Source: Candidatus Rokuibacteriota bacterium
Lineage (GTDB): Bacteria; Methylomirabilota; Methylomirabilia; Rokubacteriales; CSP1-6
Length of the DNA: 64,000 nucleotides
Assembly: GCA_003220225.1 (NCBI GenBank)
Contig: QHRU01000045.1
Location: 2,586 to 66,585, forward strand
Direction: 5' to 3'
The translations under genes were made by a program, and so were the position numbers. Within the stretch, counting starts at the first letter, position 1; every line of letters begins with the position of its first letter. This document shows positions 1 through 8,322 of this stretch, one piece after another. Under the pieces are notes generated by a model, which saw only the letters and a program-made list of their open reading frames with translations, did no database searches and was not told where the DNA came from.

Positions 1-1
1 G

Positions 2-643
2 GCCGCCACCCGCGGGGAGATCGCCGTCCGCGACAGCCTCGCGGGCATGCAGCGGATCCGCGGCGAGGTGCAGGTCATCTCCAAGCGCATCAAGAGCCTC
101 GGCGACCGCTCGCTGGAGATCTCGGAGATCGTCAACACGATCGAGGAAATCGCGTCCCACACGAACCTGCTCGCGCTCAACGCGGCCATCGAGGCGGCGG
201 GCGCCGGCGAGTCGGGCGTCCGCTTCGCCGTCGTCGCCGACGAGATCCGCAAGCTCGCCGAGCGTGCGGCCAACGCCACCAAGGACATCGCCGCCCGCAT
301 CCGCGCCGTCCAGGGGGAGACCCAGGAGGCGGTGGTGGCCATGGAAGAGGGCACGCGCGAGGTCGAGTCGGGCTACAAGGTCACCATCCGCGCCGAGGAG
401 AGCCTGAAGGCGATCGCCGGCATCTCGAGGACGTCCGCGGAGCTGGCGCAGGAGATCTCGGCGTCCTCGCAGCAGCAAGTGCGCGGCGCCGACGGCGTGG
501 TGCGCGCGATGCGCTCCATCGCCGACGTGGCGGTGCACACGGAGCAGGCCGTGCTCCAGACGCGGCGCACGGTCGACGACCTGGTGAAACTGGCGGACGA
601 GCTCACGCGAAGCCTCTCGCGATTCAAGTTGGCGACGACCTGA
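2..643 (+). CDS. Methyl-accepting chemotaxis protein (PilJ-like), C-terminal signalling domain, 5'-truncated by window edge
   Basis: MCP hairpin-tip motif [39 protein letters not shown]; frame open from window start. Confidence 0.95.
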   Translation, partial: AATRGEIAVRDSLAGMQRIRGEVQVISKRIKSLGDRSLEISEIVNTIEEIASHTNLLALNAAIEAAGAGESGVRFAVVADEIRKLAERAANATKDIAARIRAVQGETQEAVVAMEEGTREVESGYKVTIRAEESLKAIAGISRTSAELAQEISASSQQQVRGADGVVRAMRSIADVAVHTEQAVLQTRRTVDDLVKLADELTRSLSRFKLATT

Positions 644-650
644 GACGGCG

Positions 651-3371
651 ATGGCCGAGCCGGCCGAGCAGGAGTTCCTCCGCTCCATCTTCCTGATGGA
701 GGCGTGGGACACCGTGGCCGCGCTGGACTGCGCGGCGGCGACGCTGGCTCGCCCCGAGGGCGTGGACGAGCTGTTCGTCGTCACGCACCGCCTGAAGGGC
801 GCCGCCTCGCTGCACGGATTCCCGAACATCGCGGAGCTGGCGGCGGAGCTGGAAGAGGCGCTCGCCGGGCGCCCGCCCGACACGCGCAGGCTCGGCGCGC
901 TCGTGGGTCATCTCAAGCATGCGCTCGACGCGGCGGTCAACGCGCCGCCGGCCGCGGTCGGCGTTGCGACACCGGCGCCGAGAGCCGACGCGAGCCTCGA
1001 CCCCCTCCGCAAGGAGCTGGAGGCGTTCTTCGCGGGGAACGCGGACGTGATCGCGTACTTCCTGCCGGAGGCGACCGAGCACCTCGACGGGGTGACCTCG
1101 GCGCTCGGGGCGCTCGAGCGCGGCGTCGACGAGGCGGACGTCGCGCGGCTGTTCCGCGCCGTCCACACCCTGAAGGGCGCCGCCTACGTCGTCGGCTGCG
1201 TGCGAGTCGGCGAGGTCGCGCATCGCATGGAGGACGTGCTGGTGGTCGCGCGAGAGGGCCGCCGGCCGCTCACCCCCCGGGCCGTCGAGACCCTGTTCGC
1301 CGCCGAGGGCGCGCTACGCCTGATGCTCGGTCTGCCGCCCGACCCGCGCGCGAACGTCACCGACGTCGTGGCCGCGGTGCGCGCGCGGCTCGACGCGCTG
1401 TTGGACGGCGTGCCCGTGCCCGCCCCCGCGCCGCCGGCCGCGCCCTTCCCCGAGCCCGTGCCGGCGCTCTCGTCGTCGCTGGCGGCGCTGCTGAGCACGC
1501 CGCGCCCGGCGCCCGCCCGCGCCGCGCCGCGCCGCCCGCCGCGCCAGACGATCCGCGTCAACCTCGAGCGCCTCGACTCGCTGATGGACCTCATCGGCGA
1601 GATGGTGATCGACCGCGAGCGCGTGGACCAGCGCCTCGACGAGATCGACCGCGTCTCGGCCGCGCTCCTCGCGAGCCGCGGCCGCCTCGCCCAGTGCATC
1701 GCCGACTTCGAGCGGCGTCAGTTCGACCAGCGGCGTCCCGTGCCGCCCGCGAAGCCCGCGGCCGCCGCGACGGCCGGCCGCTCGGTCTCCGAGCTGTTCG
1801 CCGAGCTGGAGTTCGACCGCTACGACGACTCCGGGATCTTCGCGCGGACGGTGGCCGAGATCGCGGCCGACATCGCGGAGCTGCAGTCCGAGCTGACGGC
1901 GGTGACGCGCTCGCTCCGCGACGACATGGCGCACGTCCACCGGATCACCGGCGCGCTGCGAAGCGAGATCGGGCGCGCGCGGCTGGTGCCGATCGGCAGC
2001 CTCTTCGGCCGGTTCGTGCGCCAGGGGCAGGCGGCCGCGCGGGCGGCCGGCAAGAGCGTGCGCTTCGAGACGCGCGGCGAGGCCGTCGAGCTCGACACCG
2101 CGATCATCGAGCAGATCGTGGATCCGCTCCTGCATCTCGTGCAGAACACGATCGCGCACGGCATCGAGGCGCCCGACGAGCGGCGCGCGTGCGGCAAGGA
2201 AGCGGCGGGCACGGTGACGCTGTCGGCCGCGCACGAGGGCGGGGCCGTGCTGGTGGAGGTCGCGGACGACGGGCGCGGCATCGATCCGGACCTGGTGCGC
2301 CGGCGCGCGGTCGCGCAGGGCTTCGTGCCCGCCGACGCCGAGCTCGACGACGACCAGACGCTCGACCTCATCTTCCTGCCGGGCTTCAGCACGGCGAGCG
2401 CGGTCACGACGGCGGCGGGGCGCGGTGTCGGCATGGACGTCGTCCGCACGAACGTCCGGCGGCTCAACGGCGACGTGGAGGTGCGGAGCGTCGTGGGCGA
2501 GGGCACGCGCTTCACGCTGCGCCTGCCGCTCACGCTGCTGGTCTCCGAGGCGCTGATGATCACCGTCGCCGAGGAGCGGCTGGCGGTGCCGCTCAACGCC
2601 GTGCAGCTCGTCACGACGGTGCGGCCGGAGGACGTGCGGCCGGGCCCGCGCGGCGAGGCGATCCTCGTCGGCGAGGACCTCGTCGATCTCGTCCCCCTCC
2701 CGACCATCCTCGGTCTCGAGCGCGGGCCACGGCGGCCGCGCCGTCCCGTGCTCGTCGTGCGCGGCGCGGGCCGCACGCTCGCCGTCGAGGTGGACGAGAT
2801 CTTGCACAAGCAGGAAATCGTCATCAAGCCGCTCGGCGAGTTCCTGACGGGCGTCGGGCCGTACGGCGGCGCCAGCGTCGGCGCCGACGCGCGCGTCACG
2901 CTGCTGCTGGACCCCGGTGCGCTGGTCGAGACGGCGGCGCGCGCGAACGCGGTCACCCGGGCCGCGCGCCGCCGCGAGGCCGCCGCCGGCGAGGCGCCCG
3001 CCCCGCGCCGGCGCGTGCTGCTCGTCGACGACTCGGTCAGCGTGCGTCGATTCGTCGGCCAGATGCTCGAGAAAGCCGGCTTCGACGTCACCACGGCGGG
3101 CGACGGCGCCGACGCGATGGCCCGGCTGGCCGAGGCCGCCTTCGACGTCGTCGTCACCGACCTCGAGATGCCGCGCGTGAACGGCTACGAGCTGATCGAC
3201 GACGTGCGCCGCCGCCCCGCCACGCGCTCGCTGCCCGTGATCGTCCTCACCACGCGCGCGGGCGACAAGCACGTCGCGCTGGCGAAGAGCCTCGGCGTCC
3301 AGCACTACGTCACCAAGCCCGTCGAGGAGCACGCGTTCGTCACGCTCGTCGCCTCGCTGGTGCCGGCATGA
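651..3371 (+). CDS. cheA: CheA/ChpA-like chemosensory histidine kinase: two Hpt domains, dimerisation domain, HATPase, CheW domain and C-terminal receiver
   Basis: Two Hpt motifs (HRLKGAA, HTLKGAA); HLVQNTIAHGIE, DDGRGID, PGFSTA, GRGVGMDVV; C-terminal REC VLLVDDS...VTDLEMP...KP. Confidence 0.95.
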   Translation: MAEPAEQEFLRSIFLMEAWDTVAALDCAAATLARPEGVDELFVVTHRLKGAASLHGFPNIAELAAELEEALAGRPPDTRRLGALVGHLKHALDAAVNAPPAAVGVATPAPRADASLDPLRKELEAFFAGNADVIAYFLPEATEHLDGVTSALGALERGVDEADVARLFRAVHTLKGAAYVVGCVRVGEVAHRMEDVLVVAREGRRPLTPRAVETLFAAEGALRLMLGLPPDPRANVTDVVAAVRARLDALLDGVPVPAPAPPAAPFPEPVPALSSSLAALLSTPRPAPARAAPRRPPRQTIRVNLERLDSLMDLIGEMVIDRERVDQRLDEIDRVSAALLASRGRLAQCIADFERRQFDQRRPVPPAKPAAAATAGRSVSELFAELEFDRYDDSGIFARTVAEIAADIAELQSELTAVTRSLRDDMAHVHRITGALRSEIGRARLVPIGSLFGRFVRQGQAAARAAGKSVRFETRGEAVELDTAIIEQIVDPLLHLVQNTIAHGIEAPDERRACGKEAAGTVTLSAAHEGGAVLVEVADDGRGIDPDLVRRRAVAQGFVPADAELDDDQTLDLIFLPGFSTASAVTTAAGRGVGMDVVRTNVRRLNGDVEVRSVVGEGTRFTLRLPLTLLVSEALMITVAEERLAVPLNAVQLVTTVRPEDVRPGPRGEAILVGEDLVDLVPLPTILGLERGPRRPRRPVLVVRGAGRTLAVEVDEILHKQEIVIKPLGEFLTGVGPYGGASVGADARVTLLLDPGALVETAARANAVTRAARRREAAAGEAPAPRRRVLLVDDSVSVRRFVGQMLEKAGFDVTTAGDGADAMARLAEAAFDVVVTDLEMPRVNGYELIDDVRRRPATRSLPVIVLTTRAGDKHVALAKSLGVQHYVTKPVEEHAFVTLVASLVPA

Positions 3372-4393
3372 AGGCGCTGCTCGTCGATCCCGATCCGCAG
3401 CGCGCGCCTGTCCTCGCGGAGGCGCTCGATGCCGGCGGCGCCGAGGTCTCGATGGCGCTCAGCGCGTCGTTCGCGCTGACGATGCTCGAGTGGAACAAGC
3501 AGGACGTCATCATCAGCCGCGCCCGGCTCGGGGACATGGAGGGTCACGAGCTCTGCGCGATCGTCCGCAGCGATCCGTCCACCAAGGACGTGCGCTTCGT
3601 CCTCATCGTCGGGCCGGGAGAGAACGTGCCGACGCAGACGGCCGTCGCCGGCGTCGACCTCGTGCTGCCCGACGCGCTCAGCAGCGCCACGATCGTCACG
3701 CGCGTCATTCAGCTGGTGCGCAAGCAGCTCGAGGCGACCACGCCCTCGGCACCCGCCGCGGCCGTCCCGCGCGCCGCCGCGCCCGCGCCCGTGATCAAGC
3801 CGCCACGGGTCGCGCCGCCACCGCCGCCGCCTCCGAGGCCCGTCGCACCGCTGCCGCCGGCGCCGCCCCCAGTCGCCCCGCCGCCCCGGCCCCTCGCCCC
3901 GCCGCCGCGGCCCGTCATCCCGGCGCCGCAGCCGGTCGCCCCCGCAGCGCCCGTCGCGCCGGTGCCGGTCGTCGCCCAGGCCGCGCCCGTCCCCGCGGCG
4001 CCCGGGCCCTCGATGGCCGGGCTCGATTCCGTCGGGACGAACGGCGGGACGCGCACGTTCCAGGGCGCGCTCGGCGTGCTGGAGATCGAGGAGCTCACGC
4101 AGGCGATCTCGGTCGGCGGCAAGACGGGGCGGCTGGTGCTCGTCCTCGCCACCGGCGGCGGCCTCGTCGTGTTCGAGAGTGGGCGCGTGACGCACGCGGA
4201 GTTCGGCGGGCTCGGTGGTGAGCCGGCCTTCTCCGCGCTCGTCGCGGCCTCGCACCGCGAGCGCGGCGGCAAGTTCTGCTTCATCCCGGTCCATCCGAAT
4301 GAGCTGCGGACCCAGCCGAAGACCATCGCTCGCCCCGTCGACCAGCTGCTGCTCGACGTGGCGAGGATGATGGACGAGGAGAAACGCGCATGA
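3368..4393 (+). CDS. Pseudo-receiver domain + Pro-rich linker + DUF4388 (PatA-N-like) domain protein
   Basis: ATG overlaps cheA stop (ATGA); MKALLVDPD receiver-like start with no phospho-Asp (IISRARLGD); C-terminal FQGALGVLEIEELTQAISVGGKTGRL...VFESGRVTHA resembles DUF4388. Confidence 0.8.
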   Translation: MKALLVDPDPQRAPVLAEALDAGGAEVSMALSASFALTMLEWNKQDVIISRARLGDMEGHELCAIVRSDPSTKDVRFVLIVGPGENVPTQTAVAGVDLVLPDALSSATIVTRVIQLVRKQLEATTPSAPAAAVPRAAAPAPVIKPPRVAPPPPPPPRPVAPLPPAPPPVAPPPRPLAPPPRPVIPAPQPVAPAAPVAPVPVVAQAAPVPAAPGPSMAGLDSVGTNGGTRTFQGALGVLEIEELTQAISVGGKTGRLVLVLATGGGLVVFESGRVTHAEFGGLGGEPAFSALVAASHRERGGKFCFIPVHPNELRTQPKTIARPVDQLLLDVARMMDEEKRA

Positions 4394-5199
4394 CCAAGGT
4401 GCTGGTGGTCGACGACAGCCTCAGCGTGCGGAAGGTCGTCGAGCGCGCGCTGGCGGGCCGGCAGATCGACGTCGTGTGCGCGGCCTCCGGCAGCGAGGCG
4501 CTCGAGCGGCTCGAGCGTGATGCCCCGGACTTCGTGGTGTGCGACGTGGTGATGCCCGACCGCGACGGCTACGAGATCTGCGAGTTCATCAAGGGCCACC
4601 CGCGCCTCGCGCACACGCCGGTCCTGCTGATGTCCGGCATCGTCAACGACGAGGTCCGCGAGCGCGCCGCGCGCGCGCAGTCGGTGGGCATCCTCGCCAA
4701 GCCCTTCGCCGCCGACGACCTCATCCGCCACCTCGACGGCCTGCTGGCGCAGCGCCCCGCGGCGTCCGCCAAGGCCCCGGCGGCCCGGGGAACCCCGGCG
4801 ACCGTGGAGACCGATACGCCGGTGCCGCTTGACACGACGCCCGTCCCCGACGGGGCCGCCGCCGTGGTCGCCCAGTTCCTCACGATGGATGGCGTGCAGT
4901 GGGCCGTCCTCGCGGACCGCGAGGGCTTCGTGGTCGAGGCGACGGCAAACGCGGGCGTGGACGCGGACGTGGCGGCCGCGCTCAGCGCCTGCCTCGCCGA
5001 GTCGTCCGACGGCCTCGGCCGCGAGCTGGGTCGTGGCGCGCTCCAGGGCGTCATCCTCGAGTACGAGAAGGGCATGGTCGTGCTCTACGGCGTGGCGACC
5101 ACGGGGCTCCTCGCCGTGGGCATCGCCGAGCCGAACGTGCTCGGCAAGGTCCGTTACTATGCGCGGCGGGCGCTGCCCGAGCTGGCGCGGGCGATGTGA
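4390..5199 (+). CDS. Response regulator receiver fused to a Roadblock/LC7 (MglB-like) domain
   Basis: KVLVVDDS...VCDVVMP...KPF receiver; C-terminal GVQWAVLADREGFVV...AAALSA...LGRGALQGVILEYEKG roadblock signature. Confidence 0.88.
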   Translation: MTKVLVVDDSLSVRKVVERALAGRQIDVVCAASGSEALERLERDAPDFVVCDVVMPDRDGYEICEFIKGHPRLAHTPVLLMSGIVNDEVRERAARAQSVGILAKPFAADDLIRHLDGLLAQRPAASAKAPAARGTPATVETDTPVPLDTTPVPDGAAAVVAQFLTMDGVQWAVLADREGFVVEATANAGVDADVAAALSACLAESSDGLGRELGRGALQGVILEYEKGMVVLYGVATTGLLAVGIAEPNVLGKVRYYARRALPELARAM

Positions 5200-5200
5200 C

Positions 5201-7231
5201 GTGGGCCGCTACCGCCTGTCGCCGCTGATGCGATGGCTCCACGCGCTGGGCGTCGTGGTCGCCTACGTCGTGGTGACGGGCGTGCTGTTCTGGTTGGACC
5301 TCGGCGACGGCGGTGTGGCGCCGGCGTGGACGATCGTCGCGGTGCCGTTCTTCTACGCCGTGCTCTCGCTCCTGTTCCTGCGCCGCGGGTCCCTCGCCCG
5401 CCGCCTGAGCTGGGTCGGCGGCGCCTGCCTGACGCACGTGACCCTCGGCCTCACCGCCGCCGCGGCCTTCGCGACGCTGGCGGACCTGACGACGCTGTCC
5501 GCGCTCGCGTACGCCTTCGCGCGGCTCGGACCCGCGCCGTTCCTGACGCTGGTCGCGACGCCGCTCGTGCTGGCGCCGTTCCGGGGGCGGGTGCTCTCGC
5601 CGCGCCCGGCGCCGCGCGGGGACCGCGCGCGCCAGCGGGTCGTCGTCACGCCGACGACGCCCGTCGAGACTCCGGTCGCGCGTGATGCACGCCGCCACGA
5701 GGACCCCGCCGAGGCCGCGACGCCGGTGCCTGCGGTGAAACCGTCGGCCGCGGCGCCCGAGACGCCCGAGTGGCAGGAGTCGCCCGAGTCGCCGCCAGAT
5801 GACGCCGTGGTGCGGGTGCGGTTCGAGCGCGTCGCGGCTCAGCTTCCCGCCGCCGCGTTCACGCTGCCGATGGACCGCGTCGCCGAGAGCCTGCGCGAGC
5901 CGCACTGGCTCACCGTGCCCCGGCGCGTCGTGCTCGCGCAGCTGCCGGAGGGCGCGGTGCAGGTGCACTGGGCGATCGTCGCGTCGCAGTTTCCGGCGCT
6001 CGCGTTCGCCATGTCGGACGTGGAGTTCCGGGGGCAGTACCCCAACCTGAAGCTGACGCTGCCGCTCGACGACGTCCTGCGCCAGCTGCCGCCCGGGGTG
6101 ATCCCGACCGGCTGGACGCCGAGCCAGATCGCGGGGCTCGAGGCCTTTCCGGCGCCGTTCCAGCCGCTCCCGGTGCCGCGCGACGTGCCGGCCGCGAGCG
6201 CGCGCCCCGGGGGCGCCGCGGCGGACCTTCCGCCGGCCGTCGCGGCCGCGCCGCCGCGCCGCACGCCACCGCCGCCGCCCGCTCCCGTCGCGCCGCCACG
6301 CCTCGCACCGCCGCCGCCCGCTCCGGTCGCGGCGCCGCCACGCGATCCCGTCGCGGAGTCGCTGAGGTCCGCCCCGGCCGCGCCGACGATCACGCCGCCA
6401 CCGGCGCCGGCGATCGTCACCTCCGCGCCGCCGCTGCCGATTCCACCGACACGCGTCGCCGCGCGGGCGCCCGCGCCGCCGCGCGAGGTCGCGCCCGAGG
6501 TGATCAGCCGCGACGCGCTCACACGTCTCGCCGCCTGCCTCGCGGGCGCGGGGACGTTCGAGTCGTGGTCGGGCGTCGTGGAGAGCGTGCCGCTGGTGGC
6601 GTTCGTGGCCCCGACGCTGCCGCGCGAGGCCGTGACCGCCGTGGCCGCGCGCGTCGCCGGACTGCTCGGCGCCGCCGCGGGCGAGCAGGTGACCGTGCGC
6701 ACCGCGCGCGCGGCGATCGTCGTGAGCGCGGCGCCCACGCCGGTGGTCGTCGGCGCGCGGCGGCCGGGCGCGCCCGTGGCCTTGCTCGAGCTGCGCGCCG
6801 CGCGCGCGGCGGGGCTGATCGGCCGCGCGGGCGAGGGCGTCACGCCGCCGTCACGCGCGCTGTCCGCGCTCGCCGTCGAGCCGCGCGTCGCCGGCGTGGC
6901 GGGGACCCTGGAGGCCTTCGGCGACCTCGAGCCGGCCGTGCTGACCGACGCCGCCGGCGTCGCCCGCGTCTACGTCTTCCGCGAGCCCGGCCACGAGGCG
7001 GAGCGCCTCGGCGAGCTCGCGCTGGCGGTGTGGGACGGCCTTGGGCGCACGCGCGACGCCGACCTCGGCGCGCTCGTGTCGGTCATCTTCCGCCAGGGAC
7101 GGCGGCGCATTCTCGTGCGCCCGCTCGCCGGGCGCGGGACGACGCTGCTCGCGGCGGCGGGACCGGTGGCGCGGCCCGGGCGCGCGTGGCGCGAGGCCGA
7201 CCGCGCGGCGGCGGCACTGGAGGCGCGCTGA
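5201..7231 (+). CDS. Membrane-anchored, Pro/Ala-rich protein with probable degenerate Roadblock-like C-terminal domains
   Basis: GTG right after previous stop (alternative ATG 5228); about 4 hydrophobic segments N-terminally, Pro-rich linker; stop abuts mglA start; C-terminal fold is inference. Confidence 0.7.
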   Translation: MGRYRLSPLMRWLHALGVVVAYVVVTGVLFWLDLGDGGVAPAWTIVAVPFFYAVLSLLFLRRGSLARRLSWVGGACLTHVTLGLTAAAAFATLADLTTLSALAYAFARLGPAPFLTLVATPLVLAPFRGRVLSPRPAPRGDRARQRVVVTPTTPVETPVARDARRHEDPAEAATPVPAVKPSAAAPETPEWQESPESPPDDAVVRVRFERVAAQLPAAAFTLPMDRVAESLREPHWLTVPRRVVLAQLPEGAVQVHWAIVASQFPALAFAMSDVEFRGQYPNLKLTLPLDDVLRQLPPGVIPTGWTPSQIAGLEAFPAPFQPLPVPRDVPAASARPGGAAADLPPAVAAAPPRRTPPPPPAPVAPPRLAPPPPAPVAAPPRDPVAESLRSAPAAPTITPPPAPAIVTSAPPLPIPPTRVAARAPAPPREVAPEVISRDALTRLAACLAGAGTFESWSGVVESVPLVAFVAPTLPREAVTAVAARVAGLLGAAAGEQVTVRTARAAIVVSAAPTPVVVGARRPGAPVALLELRAARAAGLIGRAGEGVTPPSRALSALAVEPRVAGVAGTLEAFGDLEPAVLTDAAGVARVYVFREPGHEAERLGELALAVWDGLGRTRDADLGALVSVIFRQGRRRILVRPLAGRGTTLLAAAGPVARPGRAWREADRAAAALEAR

Positions 7232-7840
7232 ATGTCCATCATCAACTACGCCGCCAAGGTCATCAACTTCAAGCTCGTCTACTACGGGCCCGGCATGGCG
7301 GGGAAGACGGCGAACCTCCAGTTCGTCCACCGCTGCCTGCCCGACGACAACCGCGGCAACATGATCTCGCTGGCGACGGGCGACGACCGCACGCTCTTCT
7401 TCGACTTCCTGCCCGTGTCCGCGACGAGCGTGCGGGGCTTCACGACGAAGTTCCAGCTCTACACGGTGCCCGGCCAGAGCCGCTACAACATGACGCGCAA
7501 GCTGGTGCTGCGCGGCGTCGACGGCGTGGTGTTCGTGGCCGACTCGCAGTGGGACCGGCTGAAGGAGAACGTCGAGAGCCTCCGCAACCTCAACGACAAC
7601 CTGCGCGAGTATCGCCTCGACCTCGCCACGGTGCCGTACGTCGTCCAGTACAACAAGCGGGACCTGCCCGACGTGGCGCCGATCGACTACCTCGAGTACA
7701 CGCTCAACCGCGGCACGCGCCGGGTGCCGGCGTTCGAGGGGGTGGCGGTGACGGGCAAGGGGGTCTTCGACACGCTGAACACGCTGTCCCGGATGGTCCT
7801 CCTCCGGGAGTTCGGTCAGGTACAGGAAGGAGCCTCGTGA
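7232..7840 (+). CDS. mglA: MglA-family small Ras-like GTPase
   Basis: KLVYYGPGMAGKT P-loop, DRTLFFDFLP, QLYTVPGQ, VDGVVFVADSQ, YNKRDLP: MglA signature motifs. Confidence 0.95.
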   Translation: MSIINYAAKVINFKLVYYGPGMAGKTANLQFVHRCLPDDNRGNMISLATGDDRTLFFDFLPVSATSVRGFTTKFQLYTVPGQSRYNMTRKLVLRGVDGVVFVADSQWDRLKENVESLRNLNDNLREYRLDLATVPYVVQYNKRDLPDVAPIDYLEYTLNRGTRRVPAFEGVAVTGKGVFDTLNTLSRMVLLREFGQVQEGAS

Positions 7841-8322
7841 TGCGACACGACCTCGTCATCCACGAAACCGACGCGGCGCGGATCGACGCCGTGCTGGAGC
7901 GGTTTCTCGGCGACTCGAGCAGCGCGGCCGTGCTGCTGATCGATCGCAGCGGCGAGCCCCTCGCGATCGCGGGGGCGGCGCGCACGCTCGACACCGTCTC
8001 CATCGCCGCCCTCGCCGCCGGCGCCTTCAGCTCGACGGCGGCGCTCGCCCGGCTGCTGGGCGAGAGCGAGTTCTCGGTGCTCTTCCACGAGGGCCTGAAG
8101 GAGAGCCTGCACGTCAGCACCGTGGACGACGACGCGATCCTGCTCGCCATCTTCGACGAGCGGACCACCGTCGGCATGGTGCGACTGTTCGCGCGCGACG
8201 CCAGCCAGGGCCTCGGCGCGATCCTCGTCGAGGCCCGTCGGCGGCCGCGCCGCACGGGTGTCCTGGCCGCGCCGCTGACCCCGGAGGAAGCGCGGAGTGC
8301 GATCCGGCAGCGGCCCGCGTAA
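7840..8322 (+). CDS. mglB: MglB-like Roadblock/LC7 protein (putative MglA GAP)
   Basis: TGATG overlap with mglA; AVLLIDRSGEPL...AALAAGAFSSTAALARLLGESEFSVLFHEG...AIFDERTTVGMVRL matches MglB. Confidence 0.92.
   Translation: MRHDLVIHETDAARIDAVLERFLGDSSSAAVLLIDRSGEPLAIAGAARTLDTVSIAALAAGAFSSTAALARLLGESEFSVLFHEGLKESLHVSTVDDDAILLAIFDERTTVGMVRLFARDASQGLGAILVEARRRPRRTGVLAAPLTPEEARSAIRQRPA

Noticed and set aside
704..3367. N-terminal ~890 aa of the 1229 aa ORF 704..4393
   Set aside because: Arg/Gly-rich alternative frame over cheA; the real gene starts at ATG 3368
3740..4010. Low-complexity CCG-rich tracts (also about 6230-6490)
   Set aside because: They encode Pro-rich linkers within genes and are not independent repeat elements
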